A stretch of DNA of 64,000 bases. It comes from a virus. The notes beneath the pieces are model-generated. The model did no database searches. It worked only from the letters and a program-made list of their open reading frames with translations, and was not told the origin of the DNA. The stretch lies in IMG/VR virus record IMGVR_UViG_3300028589_000001. One strand, written 5' to 3'. Below are positions 28,370-39,900 of this stretch, one piece after another (within the stretch, counting starts at the first letter, position 1; the number at the start of each line of letters is the position of its first letter). A program made the translations under genes and the position numbers.

Positions 28370-29533
28370 ATGGCTGATACTCAAATCGACTTCGAGAACA
28401 TGAGCGACGAAGAGTTCATGCGTCTCGGTCCACCCACCGTAACCGAGGTGCCGGCCAAGGAAGAAACTCACGAAGAAGAAGAAGAGCGTGAGGAGTCCGA
28501 GGAAGAAGAGTCCAACACCGAAGAGGAAGAAGAGACCTCCGAGGAAGAGGAAGAGTCTGACGAGGAAGCACACGCTGAAGAAGAAGGCACTGCGGCCGAC
28601 GAGGAGCGTGAGCCTGCTGAAGAAGAAGAATCCCAGCGCAAGCCAGTAAAGAAAGAGCCCAAAGAACCGCGGGAGCGCGGTGAAGACGGCAAGTTCACCA
28701 AAGACCCGGCCAAAGAGCAGGCTGAAGAAGCTGAGCGCTTGTTCAAACCGTTTAAAGCCAACGGTCGCGAGATGAGCATCCGTTCTGCTGACGAAGGTAT
28801 TCGTCTGATGCAGATGGGGGCCAACTATTCCAAGAAGATGGAAGAGTTGAAGCCTCAACTTGCTTTGGTGCGTTCTTTGGAGCGTGAAGGTCTGGCAGAC
28901 ATCGAAAAGCTGTCTTACCTGATTGACTTGCACAAAAAGAACCCTCAAGCTATTGCCAAGCTGGTTAAAGACGCCAACTTCGATCCACTGTCTGTTGAAG
29001 ACGATCAAGTCTCCAACTACAAGCCTGGTAACTACCAGACCTCTGAAAAAGAGATGGTATTCGAAGAAGTGCTCGATGGCCTGCGTACTCTGCCGCGTTA
29101 CAACGAATTGATCGACACTGTCGCCAATAAGTGGGACGCAGCATCCAAGAACGCAGTTGGCGACAATCCAGAAGTTCTGCGAACTCTGGGCCAGCAAATG
29201 GACAATGGTGTGTACGACCGCGTCATGGACGAGGTAAACCGCCAAAAAGCTCTGGGCAACCTTCGGGGTGTCCCGATGCTGCAAGCCTACCGTGATGTAG
29301 GCCAGCAACTGGAGAAAGACGGGCAGCTCGCTGACCTAATCGCTCCGCAAAAGCAAGGCCAGCGTAAGCTGGTGACACCGGGCAAGGAAAAAGCCCGGGC
29401 AACGCGCGAAGCGGACGAACAACGCCGCAAAGCAGCTGCACCAACCCGGAAGACCGGTAACCCGGCTCCGAAGAAAAAAGTCGTCGATGTGTGGAACATG
29501 TCCGACGATGATTTCGCCAAACTGAAACTGTAA
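28370..29533 (+). CDS. scaffolding protein (acidic)
   Basis: Extreme Glu-rich N-terminal half ([32 protein letters not shown]); lies directly upstream of the capsid gene. Confidence 0.55.
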   Translation: MADTQIDFENMSDEEFMRLGPPTVTEVPAKEETHEEEEEREESEEEESNTEEEEETSEEEEESDEEAHAEEEGTAADEEREPAEEEESQRKPVKKEPKEPRERGEDGKFTKDPAKEQAEEAERLFKPFKANGREMSIRSADEGIRLMQMGANYSKKMEELKPQLALVRSLEREGLADIEKLSYLIDLHKKNPQAIAKLVKDANFDPLSVEDDQVSNYKPGNYQTSEKEMVFEEVLDGLRTLPRYNELIDTVANKWDAASKNAVGDNPEVLRTLGQQMDNGVYDRVMDEVNRQKALGNLRGVPMLQAYRDVGQQLEKDGQLADLIAPQKQGQRKLVTPGKEKARATREADEQRRKAAAPTRKTGNPAPKKKVVDVWNMSDDDFAKLKL

Positions 29534-29550
29534 GAAAGGGGACACACCCA

Positions 29551-30744
29551 ATGGCTGCACCAAACCCGTACAAACCGGCCGCGTACAACGATCCTGCAGG
29601 CGGCGTGGATTCGAGCATTGGCCCACAGGCCGTAACCTCGTACCACCAGCGCCAGGCCCTGATCGAAGCTCGTAAAGAGCAGTACTTCACTCAGCTGGCC
29701 GACGTGACCTCCATGCCCAAGAACATGGGTAAAGAGATCACCAAGTTCCACTACATCCCGCTGCTCGACGACCGCAACATCAACGACCAGGGTATCGACG
29801 CCTCCGGCGCCACCATTGCCAACGGTAACCTGTACGGTTCCTCGAAGGATATCGGCCTGATCCCGGGCAAGCTGCCGACCCTGTCCGAATTCGGCGGTCG
29901 TGTGAACCGTGTTGGTTTCACCCGTAAGCTGCTGAAAGGCACCCTGGAAAAGTTCGGCTTCTTCCAGGAATACACCCAGGAATCCCTGGACTTCGATACT
30001 GACGCCGAGCTGTCGCAGCACATCAACCGCGAAATGATCAACGGCGCGGTGCAAATGTCCGAAGCGGCCCTGCAAATCGACCTGCTGAACTCGGCCGGTG
30101 TGATTCGCTACGCCGGTGATGCCACCAGCAACGCCACTGTCGGTAAGGATGACGTTGTCACCTACGACGACCTGATGCGCCTGGCCATCCAGCTGACCAA
30201 CAACCGCACCCCGCGCATGATCAAAATGATCACCGGCTCGCGCTACATCGACACCCGTACCGTCGCCGGTGCCCGTGCCATGTACTGCGGTTCCGAACTG
30301 ATCCCGACCCTGCGTGCCATGAAGGACCTGCACGGCAACCCGGCCTTCATCCCGTCGCACATGTACGCCGATGCCGGCTCGCTGATGACCGGTGAAATCG
30401 GTGCGGTCGACGAGTTCCGCATCATCATCGTGCCTGAAATGCTGAAATGGGCCGGTGCTGGTGCCGACGTTGAAGCTGATGACGTGTCCAACCACGAAAC
30501 CGGTGGCAAGTACGACGTGTTCCCGCTGCTGGTCATCGGCGCCGACTCGTTCACCACCATTGGCTTCCAGAGCGATGGCAAGAACCAGAAGTTCAAGATC
30601 TACAACAAGAAGCCTGGCGAGCAGACTGCTGACCGCCTGGACCCATACGGCGAGATGGGCTTCATGTCCATCAAGTGGTACTACGGCTTCATGGTCCTGC
30701 GCCCTGAGCGTATCGGCATCATCAAGTCCGTTGGCCGCCTGTAA
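29551..30744 (+). CDS. major capsid protein
   Basis: 397 aa; N4 gp56-like size and position; strong RBS. Confidence 0.75.
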   Translation: MAAPNPYKPAAYNDPAGGVDSSIGPQAVTSYHQRQALIEARKEQYFTQLADVTSMPKNMGKEITKFHYIPLLDDRNINDQGIDASGATIANGNLYGSSKDIGLIPGKLPTLSEFGGRVNRVGFTRKLLKGTLEKFGFFQEYTQESLDFDTDAELSQHINREMINGAVQMSEAALQIDLLNSAGVIRYAGDATSNATVGKDDVVTYDDLMRLAIQLTNNRTPRMIKMITGSRYIDTRTVAGARAMYCGSELIPTLRAMKDLHGNPAFIPSHMYADAGSLMTGEIGAVDEFRIIIVPEMLKWAGAGADVEADDVSNHETGGKYDVFPLLVIGADSFTTIGFQSDGKNQKFKIYNKKPGEQTADRLDPYGEMGFMSIKWYYGFMVLRPERIGIIKSVGRL

Positions 30745-30823
30745 GGGCTAGCGAAAACCAATCGGGGAGCCTAGTGCTCCCCTTTTGGGTACCAGCTACA
30801 CCAAACCCTATTAGGAGACACAC

Positions 30824-31429
30824 ATGTCTGATGAAGTCCAGGTAACCGAACTCGAAGCACTCAAGGCGCGTGCAAACCAGATCGGTCTGAAGTTCCACCC
30901 GTCCATCGGCGTTGAAGCGCTGCGTAACAAGGTCAATGCGGCTCTGGCCGGCGAAACCGTCGATGAAGACGAAGAAGAAGACGACCTGGCCGAAACCCCG
31001 GCAGCCAATGCTTCGATCCCCAAGCCTACCGTGACCGAACCGGCCAAGCCCCGTGCGCTGACCGCCAACGAACTGCGTGTACAGAAGTACAACGAAGCCC
31101 GCAAACTGGTGCGTGTGCGCATCACCTGCATGAACCCGATGAAAAAGGAATGGCAAGGTGAGCAGTTCTCGGTGGCCAACCGTAGTATCTCGATCAACCG
31201 CTTCGTTCCTTTCGAAGTGGAATGGCATATCGAGAACCTGCTGTTGCAGACTCTTCGTGACCGTCAGTATCTGGCTTTCGTCAGCAAGCGCGTGGGCCCA
31301 CAGCAAATCGAAGTGAAAGAGCACCGCATGATCCGCGAATTCGCTATCGAAGTACTGGACCCACTGACCCCGGCTGAGCTGAAAGATCTGGCCCAGCGCC
31401 AGGCCATGGCTGCTGGTACTCAGGAGTAA
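30824..31429 (+). CDS. structural protein (201 aa)
   Basis: ORF downstream of the capsid gene; acidic patch EDEEEDD. Confidence 0.5.
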   Translation: MSDEVQVTELEALKARANQIGLKFHPSIGVEALRNKVNAALAGETVDEDEEEDDLAETPAANASIPKPTVTEPAKPRALTANELRVQKYNEARKLVRVRITCMNPMKKEWQGEQFSVANRSISINRFVPFEVEWHIENLLLQTLRDRQYLAFVSKRVGPQQIEVKEHRMIREFAIEVLDPLTPAELKDLAQRQAMAAGTQE

Positions 31430-31435
31430 TAACGC

Positions 31436-32590
31436 ATGGCCATCGCCCCAATCACCCTGGCTGACCTGACGGAAGCCAAAGTCGAGGGTAATGGTGCCTT
31501 CGATACGCTGATGCGGGCAATGGTCGGCCACCTGGAAAAAGAGTTCAAACTCAACCGACTCCGGGGTGCCGACTACGCCAACGTCTACCTGAACTCGCTG
31601 GCACCGGTGTTGCAAAACGCCACCCTGTTCCTGCTGCAGAAAGATGAGGCCGCCAACAAGGCCGCACTGGTCGATGCGCAGGTTCGCCTGACTGAAGCGC
31701 AGATCAAGCTGGCTGAAGCAGAGCTGGCGAAGGAACTCCTCAACAAAGACCTGATTGCCGCGCAGATCCGTAAGATCGACCGCGAGATTGTTTCGGCTGA
31801 CGTTGCTGACGATCATGTCACTGCGCAGACCGGCATGATCACCGCGCAGACTGCGAACGTGGCGAAAGAAGGCCTGATCCTGGATAACCAGCTGGTTGTG
31901 TCCGCCAAAGAGATCGAAAAGATCACTGCCGACATCTCCATGCTCGCTAAGCAGGAACTGAACGTTGTAGCCGACACTGCGAACAAAACACAGCAGAAGT
32001 TGAACCTGGTTGAAGAAGCCAAGTTGACTACGGCACAGGCAGCCAAAGTTACTGCCGACACCGCTGTGTCTACGCAGCAGAAGCTCAACATGGCAGAAGA
32101 GTTGAAGGCGATCACGGCGAACATCGCTAAGATCACAGCGGATACTGCGGTGTCCACCCAACAGAAACTGAACATGGCCGAGCAGTTGAAGCAGATCATT
32201 GCCGAGACCGCCAAGGCAACGCAGGAACTACAGAACCTCATCGCACAGGAATGCCTGTTGCGTGCACAGTACGACCTGACTGTGGTGAACAAGCTCCAGG
32301 CTACGGCCCAGACTTCGTTGATCCAGCAGAAGCAGGCCACCGAGCGTGCTCAGATCGTAGAGACTGGTGTTGATGAGAACTCTGTGATCGGCCGGCAGAA
32401 GACGCTGTACAAGGCTCAGTCTGATGGCTTCCAGCGTGACGCCGAGCAGAAGGCAGCCAAGTTGCTGGTGGATAGTTGGTCGGTGCGCCGTACTACGGAC
32501 TCTGGTACTGTAGCCGATGCAACCAACATGCTGAACGACGCAACTATTGGTCGAATGGTGACGAAGCTCCTGACAGGGGTTCAAGCCTAA
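31436..32590 (+). CDS. fibrous/coiled-coil virion protein with internal repeats
   Basis: The amino-acid unit TADTAVSTQQKLNMAE(E/Q)LK occurs twice, encoded by synonymously diverged DNA. Confidence 0.5.
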   Translation: MAIAPITLADLTEAKVEGNGAFDTLMRAMVGHLEKEFKLNRLRGADYANVYLNSLAPVLQNATLFLLQKDEAANKAALVDAQVRLTEAQIKLAEAELAKELLNKDLIAAQIRKIDREIVSADVADDHVTAQTGMITAQTANVAKEGLILDNQLVVSAKEIEKITADISMLAKQELNVVADTANKTQQKLNLVEEAKLTTAQAAKVTADTAVSTQQKLNMAEELKAITANIAKITADTAVSTQQKLNMAEQLKQIIAETAKATQELQNLIAQECLLRAQYDLTVVNKLQATAQTSLIQQKQATERAQIVETGVDENSVIGRQKTLYKAQSDGFQRDAEQKAAKLLVDSWSVRRTTDSGTVADATNMLNDATIGRMVTKLLTGVQA

Positions 32591-32644
32591 CAGCAAGCAG
32601 CAAGAAGGGGGCCTTATGGCCCCTTTCTCATTTAGGGGAACTAC

Positions 32645-34933
32645 ATGGGTCTTTTCAGCAGTAAAACCAGCTACAAGGTCAACGTGACCGTAGCTGACGT
32701 GTTTGAGGATGGTGCCATCCCAGACAGCGCACGTAATGGAATTACCAAGGCCATCATGGGCGGCACTGACGTACAAGGGCAGATCATGGAGGAACTGAGT
32801 AACTCCATTGGTGTGCGTGCAAGCTGTGGCTACACCTGGGCAGCCAAACCAGGTAACTATCCACTTGGCATCCCTAAGTCGGATATCAAGTCGTACATAG
32901 ACGCAGAGTCGGTGGTAAAGCAGGCAATCCAAGCCAATATTGGCAGGACTGTCACACTGGAGTACTACCGCATGGCTCCGCTCAATGCTATGCACTTTGG
33001 GTGGCAGCACTGCTTCACAGCACTGCTATACAACCCTGCAACCAACGAGCTGGTCAAGCTCACACAGCAGACGGCCAACAAGAAGTGCTACCTGGTAAAT
33101 ATGGTCGTCACGGTGCGTAAAGTGCACTATGACTGGATGGTGGAAACCAGTGACCTGGGTTGCCTGGATCAACTGGGCCCATCACCCAAATCGGGTTACT
33201 TGCCTTCGGCGCCGTTCAATAGCTTGCCCTACGTCGGCTCTTACGCTGAGCAACCTGACTATGAAGTGTCCAGTGTTGCAACTGAGGACTACGTTACAAT
33301 CACCTACGAGTATGAAGACTCCCCGGGCGTTTTCGTGCGCCGCGGTGTGACAGTTACCATGGCCGGGTATTCGGATGACGCTGACTACCATATGGCACGC
33401 TATAAAGACTCCACAGGCAAAGTAGGCTTCTTCACCTATATGCACGGGGCTGGCACGTACCCATTGGTGGACATTGTGTTCCAGGCCACTGACTTGGGCA
33501 TTGGCACGTACTATCCATGGGTTTACTACCGAATTGGGCGCCAGACGGCCCAGTCTGCCTTAACTAACGACGAATACCAGGCAATGGTGCGTTGGTGTCA
33601 CTACATCGGTGTTGACTACGACACTATGAACGACGCTGTAGTTAAGGACGTAGAGAAGGACGACGTAAGCCAGGTCATGATGTGCTTTGGGGTAAATCCA
33701 GGCGGCGAAGAGCAAAGTGAGTTGGAATACCTATTCAAGCACTTCGACCGACTGCACGCTAACGCAAAACCGCAGCCAGGCTTGGTACCGGACTTGTACG
33801 GAAAGATGAACGCCTTTACCTCCAGTCCATCTCAGTTCCAGCGCATCAAGGACAAACAGTTCGCCATCAGCTACCAATTCTCGGGAATAGTGAAGGTGCG
33901 ACGCACCGGCGTGGTAACTGGTGTAAACCAGTACAAAGGCGCACTCAAGGATGTGCCGCAGAACGCGCAGACGTTTGCTACCCAGGGCCCTAACGGTGTG
34001 GGCACTGGCACCAACGTACCCACGCAGAAAGCCTATGTGTACCAGCACCAGGTCAATGAGTCGGTGTATGACGAAATTGCGGTGTACAACCTGCGCATGA
34101 ACTATGAAGTTCACACCAAGAAAGGTTTTGCCGCAGGTCCTGGCGACGACACTATGCTTATCCCCGCTGACCGCGCCATTGTGGAAACCATTGGCTTGGA
34201 CAAGCGTGAAGACCTGCTGTGTCGCTCCCTCAAGCTGATGGTCAACACGGTAGTCAAGATTAAGCAGCCGTGGTACGCCTCTGGTGCGTTCAGGGTTCTA
34301 ATGATGATCGTGGCAGTGGTGATCACTATTGTGTCCTTGGGGGCGGCCTGGCAATCCATTGTGGCAGCTGCGGCGCTGGGTGTGGGTGCTTTGGCACTGA
34401 CAGTGCTGACGATCATCGTCACTGGTTTGGTTATCAAAGTTGGTGTGCAGCTGTTCGTAAAAATTGTAGGTCCTGAGCTTGGTATGGTAGCCGCCGTGCT
34501 TGCTGTGGCGGCTGGCGCCTACGGTATTGCCGCTAACGCTAACTGGGGCGAGACACTAATCAGTGTTGCCACCAACCTGGCGGACACCTCGGCTGAAACC
34601 ATGCAGGCTATGTTCACCGGTGTTATTGATGAGCTGACCCAGTTCCAACAAATGTCGGCCGGACTGTACGACAGCCTGGCCGAGCAGAAGGACTTGTTGG
34701 GCCTAAACTCCAACATGGCTGGCCTGATACCCGATGACTTCATCAACAAGCAGCCTATGATCATATTGGGCGAAACCCCGAACGACTTGTACACCCGTAC
34801 TGTTCATTCGGGTAACATCGGCGCAACTGGGTTCCTTGCGACTCAGTACTACCACGATACGGCGCTCACACTGCCTCGTATCAATGACACACTCTCTTTA
34901 CAGGAGCGAGACAATGGCCTGGCCATATTCTGA
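32645..34933 (+). CDS. large virion protein with C-terminal TM helices (762 aa)
   Basis: Three consecutive hydrophobic helices near the C-terminus; placement resembles N4 internal virion proteins. Confidence 0.5.
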   Translation: MGLFSSKTSYKVNVTVADVFEDGAIPDSARNGITKAIMGGTDVQGQIMEELSNSIGVRASCGYTWAAKPGNYPLGIPKSDIKSYIDAESVVKQAIQANIGRTVTLEYYRMAPLNAMHFGWQHCFTALLYNPATNELVKLTQQTANKKCYLVNMVVTVRKVHYDWMVETSDLGCLDQLGPSPKSGYLPSAPFNSLPYVGSYAEQPDYEVSSVATEDYVTITYEYEDSPGVFVRRGVTVTMAGYSDDADYHMARYKDSTGKVGFFTYMHGAGTYPLVDIVFQATDLGIGTYYPWVYYRIGRQTAQSALTNDEYQAMVRWCHYIGVDYDTMNDAVVKDVEKDDVSQVMMCFGVNPGGEEQSELEYLFKHFDRLHANAKPQPGLVPDLYGKMNAFTSSPSQFQRIKDKQFAISYQFSGIVKVRRTGVVTGVNQYKGALKDVPQNAQTFATQGPNGVGTGTNVPTQKAYVYQHQVNESVYDEIAVYNLRMNYEVHTKKGFAAGPGDDTMLIPADRAIVETIGLDKREDLLCRSLKLMVNTVVKIKQPWYASGAFRVLMMIVAVVITIVSLGAAWQSIVAAAALGVGALALTVLTIIVTGLVIKVGVQLFVKIVGPELGMVAAVLAVAAGAYGIAANANWGETLISVATNLADTSAETMQAMFTGVIDELTQFQQMSAGLYDSLAEQKDLLGLNSNMAGLIPDDFINKQPMIILGETPNDLYTRTVHSGNIGATGFLATQYYHDTALTLPRINDTLSLQERDNGLAIF

Positions 34934-35405
34934 CAATCCTTTGAGCGCTGCCGACCTGGCGCAGTCGCTGAACTTCGGTGGCGCTGCGTTCAACGCACCG
35001 GGCGCCACCCAACTGAACACCAATGCCCTGTTGACGGGCTCTGGCCTGGGCTCGGCTGCTTCCGAGGCTGCCGGTGCTGGTGGCAGCTTCATGGACGCTT
35101 TCCGCAACATCTTCAACATGGACAGCGCCTTTGGCAAAACCAAGGACGGTGTAACTACCATGGGTTGGGCGCCTGCGGCATTGGGCATTGGTCAGTCGAT
35201 TTTCGGTGCACTGCAAGGCCGTCAAGCGATGGGGCTGGCCCAGGACCAGCTGAAAGAGTCCCGTCGCCAGTTTGACCTGAACTTCGGTGCACAGCGTCAA
35301 AGCATTAACACCGAACTGGAAGATCGCCAGCGTGCGCGCGTGGCGTCTAACCCCAACGCTTATGAAAGCGTGGATACCTACCTGGAAAAGAACCGGATTC
35401 GCTAA
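34917..35405 (+). CDS. Gly/Ala-rich virion protein
   Basis: Internal Met of track ORF 34836..35405, preceded by AGGAG. Confidence 0.45.
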   Translation, partial: AWPYSDNPLSAADLAQSLNFGGAAFNAPGATQLNTNALLTGSGLGSAASEAAGAGGSFMDAFRNIFNMDSAFGKTKDGVTTMGWAPAALGIGQSIFGALQGRQAMGLAQDQLKESRRQFDLNFGAQRQSINTELEDRQRARVASNPNAYESVDTYLEKNRIR

Positions 35406-36994
35406 TGGCCAGCCCAATTACTTGGCGGAACGTTGGTAACACGGTATCGGGCAGTGGGGCCTCTGGCCTCATTGCTCAGGCGCAGCAGCAGACGCAGCAG
35501 GGTATGAATGCCCTGCAAGATCTGGTTCGCGCCAACGTGAAGCAGAACCAACAGAACCAGTTGGCTACCGCCGCCAACAACACCAATGATTACCTGGATC
35601 GAGTAGCAGCCGCCGACCTGGCTACCTTGGCAACGCCCGAGGGCCAACAGGCGCTGGAAGCTATTCGTACTGGTTTCGGTACCGCCATTGACCGCAATGC
35701 TACCCGCAACGCGATTCAAGACCGCCTGGCCGCTGGCCAGAAGGCTGCGGTGCAACAAGGTCAGTACGACGACTTTGTACAGGGTCGTAACGAACGTAGT
35801 GCCGTAGACAGCCTGTATGGTTTGGCTGCGGCCAACGACCGTGCTGGTGTGGAGCGCGCACTGGCTGAAAACCAGTTCTTGGATGAGGGCGCCCTGCGTA
35901 AAGAACTGTACGGCACCCTGGACCAAAACCAGCAACGTCAGTACCGCGCCAACGCTGAAGGCCGGGCCAATCGTGCTGAAGCTCGTTCGGCGGCATCCCA
36001 CGCACTGTCCATGGAGACTGGGCGCGAGAACCTGGCCTACGCCAAAACCATGCACGGTGAAGCTGTGCGTAAGGTCAACGAAGCGCGTATCGGCGATGAC
36101 CTGGCCAACCAGATATTCGGTGAGCAGCGTAACAACGCCCAGGCCCAACAGTCTGTGCTGGCACAGATCGCTGAAGACAACGGTGTGGGCCTGCAAGCCG
36201 ACGGCACGCTCAACTTGGAAGTCATGTCCCCTGAACTGCGGAGCAAGGTGACCAAGGAAATGTCCGATGCCGGCCTTGGCGGGCAGACTGCTACCAAGGC
36301 ACGCCAGCGTTTACTGTCTCAACTGGACGAAGCTGGTGTATCTGGCGAAGGCAAGAAGAATGCCCTGTTGCAGTACGACAACCTACAGTCTCTGTCTGGT
36401 TTGGCGCCTGAAGACCAGGCCCGCGCACAGAATGCGGCTGCAAACGCTACCCGCGAGATTACCGACACACAAACCCGGTTGACTGAGGAATACAACCGTA
36501 AGGCGCAGAACAACCCGTTCATGGCACCGTCTAATGACGCCATTGCTGAAGTGAACAAGTTGGGTGCGCAGTTCCAGAAGGAAAACAACGATCAGTGGCT
36601 GAGCACTGACGTTAACCTGCAGTCCTTCAACCGGGCGGCTACCAAGTTGGCTACCGAGGGTATTACCGTCAAACTGGACGGTAAAGAGACCAACATCGTG
36701 GTACCACCGTCTGTAATCGAGATGGCGGCACGTGATGTTGGCGCTAACAAGATTGCGGCCGAAGGGCCTGATGTACGCAAGGCTGTAGAGCGTATCTTCA
36801 AGGAAAACCCTGGTTTGCAGCGTCAGGCTGTAGAAGCGCAGACTGGACGCGCAACCTATCAAAACGATATGGCAAAACTAGGCGTTGAGAAGATTAAACG
36901 CGAGAAATCAGTACTGGATGCTTACAAAAAGGAATCCGGTGTTGTAGTATCGCCCAACGATTGGATTGACGCGGCTTTGCGGAGGAATAAGTAA
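35405..36994 (+). CDS. virion protein (529 aa, Ala/Gln-rich)
   Basis: ORF immediately upstream of the giant RNAP gene. Confidence 0.5.
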   Translation: MASPITWRNVGNTVSGSGASGLIAQAQQQTQQGMNALQDLVRANVKQNQQNQLATAANNTNDYLDRVAAADLATLATPEGQQALEAIRTGFGTAIDRNATRNAIQDRLAAGQKAAVQQGQYDDFVQGRNERSAVDSLYGLAAANDRAGVERALAENQFLDEGALRKELYGTLDQNQQRQYRANAEGRANRAEARSAASHALSMETGRENLAYAKTMHGEAVRKVNEARIGDDLANQIFGEQRNNAQAQQSVLAQIAEDNGVGLQADGTLNLEVMSPELRSKVTKEMSDAGLGGQTATKARQRLLSQLDEAGVSGEGKKNALLQYDNLQSLSGLAPEDQARAQNAAANATREITDTQTRLTEEYNRKAQNNPFMAPSNDAIAEVNKLGAQFQKENNDQWLSTDVNLQSFNRAATKLATEGITVKLDGKETNIVVPPSVIEMAARDVGANKIAAEGPDVRKAVERIFKENPGLQRQAVEAQTGRATYQNDMAKLGVEKIKREKSVLDAYKKESGVVVSPNDWIDAALRRNK

Positions 36995-39900
36995 GTGGCT
37001 AATGAGTTCGACCTTACTAGCTTTTTGAACAGTCAGGCGGACGTTGAGGCCGGGGTTACCCCGGCTTTCGACCCTATAGACTATACTCCGCGTGCTGGGC
37101 TGGACATGATTGGTAGCCAGAAGGTCTTGGACCTGGACCTGGCCAACCAACGTGCCACCCGCAACGTTGAAAACGCACTGGTGGATAAACTGGGTCTCGA
37201 AGCTGACTCAGCGCTGGGTACTGTCGTCAACGACGGCGCTTCGCTGTTCTCTGGCTTGACCCGTGTAGCCGGCAACCTGGCTACCCTTCCAATCGACGCT
37301 ATTACCCAAATCGGCCAGGCCACTGTGCCTGACGATGTCATTTCTGCGTACACCCGCCGTATGACCGGTGAGGACATTCAAGAAGGCGATGACGCCCTGT
37401 TGGATGCCATTGCACCAGGCACTGAAGAGGGTGGTGTACCGCAAACTTACTTCCAGCGTATGCAAGGGCTGCAAGGCCTGCGCGACGTTTCGAAGAACAT
37501 CGCTGACACATTCGACTTCTCTTCGATTGTTAATACCGACCGCCGTGACGAACTTAGCGATGACATTCGCGAAAGCACGGCCGCTGGTGTGGCAAACATC
37601 CGCGAAGGCTATGAGTCTGGCGATCTGCTGCAAACCGGTAAAGGCGTGGCCCAAACCATTGGTAATGCCTTGGTTTCTGGTGTCACCAACCCTGGCGCCG
37701 TAGCTGAGTACGCTGCAGAGAACCTGCCGCAACTGGCTGCTGTTGCTGCCAACCCTGCGCTTGGTGTAGCCACCAACGCCGGCTATGGCTTCAATGAACT
37801 GCGCGAGGGTTACACCGACTACGCAGCTGAGCACAAAGGCGCACTGCCACCAGCCGCTGACCGCAACAAGATGGCCTTGTTTGCAGCATCTGCTGTTCTT
37901 GCCGAGCAAGTGGGCGATATGTCCATGCTCCGCGGGTTCACCAAGGCTGCCAAGACTTCTGGTGTCGGTTCGGCCGCTAAAGGCGTGGCCGGTGCTATGA
38001 CCAAGGAAGGTATCACTGAAGGGTACCAGACCTTCGCTGAAGGTCAGGCACACCTGGAAGACCGTTCTCTGGAAGAGATTGTGGAGGCTGCTACCATCGG
38101 TGCGATGGTCGGCGGTACCTACCACGGGGCAATGGAACTGGCCAACACTGGCCGTGCCCAAATGGAGGCAAGTGAACAACGTGTCGCCACTGAAGCCGCG
38201 TTTACCACTGCTGTCGAATCGGGCGACGTTACTGCCCTGTCTGACATGGAATCCCCGACCTATGACCCTGTCCGTGCAGTCCAAGCGCTGCAAGAGACAA
38301 TCAAAGGCGGCGATGAAGTGGCTGTACAGGAAGCCGTGGCCAAGTCTGATGAGATCCAGCAGGACCTGGCGAAAGAAGTGTCTCAGCTGGAGGTAATGCT
38401 CCAGACGTTCGAACCAGAAGCAGTAGCTGACGTAGCTGCCCGTCGTGAAGCCCTTGTGGCCAATCAAGGCGATGAGGCAGAGATTGCACGCTATGACGCT
38501 TTCTTGGAACGTGCTGCCGAGTTCACTCCTGAAACCATCCAAGGTATGCAGGAATACCACGCCGAGCTAAGTCAAAAGCTCGTCGATGTTCGTGCTGCCG
38601 CCGAGCAGTTCCAAGTAGCCGCCAGCCCGGAAGCTGATGAGGTTGCTGCGATTGCTCAACAAGCATCTGCCGGGGATACCAATCAGGCTGACCGCCTGTT
38701 GACCCTGACCATGATCAACCCCAACTCCGTTGACACTGCGGTGGCTTCGACCCTGGCTGAGTCGGAATCGCTGAGCCCTGAGCAACGTACAGCCTTCAAG
38801 GCCTTCCAGGCAGCGCAAGTAGCCGCTGATAACCTGCAGACCATTGAAGGTGTTCGCTCGGACATCACTACCGGTGGTGACGGGTTCAAAGGGGTACCCC
38901 AGTACCGTAACGCTATCCGCATGGCCCTGGCCCAAGGCAACGAAGCTGCTGCCCGCTCGCAACTCGAAGGTATCAGCAAGTTCGCCGCAAGCCGGCAGTC
39001 CAAAGCCGCTGCAATCACCGCTGCTTACGAGCAAGTGAAAGGCACCGGTAATTCGGTCTATTTGGCACCGGACGCGAAAGGTCAGTGGGCACCAGTACCT
39101 GCACAGGTAGATGGTGGCATTGTGGTGGACGGCCGCTCCTTCAAGCTCCGGGACGCTGTGAGTTCTGAAGCCGAGTACCTGGCCCGTGTTGCAGACGCTT
39201 TCACTGCACTGGTAAACGCTGCACCGAGCTATAAGCCTGCCCAAGCCACGGCAGCTGTAGTTCAGGCCCCTACTGTTGTGCAAGAAGCACCTCAAGCAGG
39301 GGTAGCGCCTGTTGTCGAAGCCCAGCCGCAGTCGGGCCAAGTCAACGTTGAACAAGTGGCCCCTGTAGTGGAGCCAGTCGCAGAACCGGTAGTCGAAACC
39401 GGTGAGCTGACTGCTATCCGCAATAAGCCACAAGAAGAAGTGACCGCGGACAATTATCGTCAGCTCAACTTGGTTGGTGCGCTGTTCGAACAGAATCCGG
39501 GCAAAGATACCGATGCGTCGCAAAAACCCCTGGTCAAAGTCGCTGACTTTGCTGCCAAGGTTAAGACCGACCCATCTGTGGTATATGAGTACCTGGACCA
39601 GCGCAAAGAGCTGTCCCAGCCGCAGAAAACAGCGGTGGCTCGTTTCTTCAAGTTCAACACTTGGGCGGACTCGAAAATCCGTGAACAGTTCAAGGTCAAG
39701 AACCAAGACTTCCGTTTTGTCGACCTTGCGCAATATCTGGTGAATGACGACGGTTCTCTGGACGAGAACGTCGTGACTGCTACTTCTTACAGCATGTTCA
39801 CCTGGGCCAACGAATCGGCCACACAAGTTACCAATACGGACGAGTCCATCAATGCCATCCTCATGCGCGATTTGGATGAGGACATTAGCAACACTGAGTA

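Noticed and set aside
30722-32161. 479-aa minus-strand ORF
   Set aside because: Antisense to two structural genes, spanning their intergenic gap, and without RBS support.
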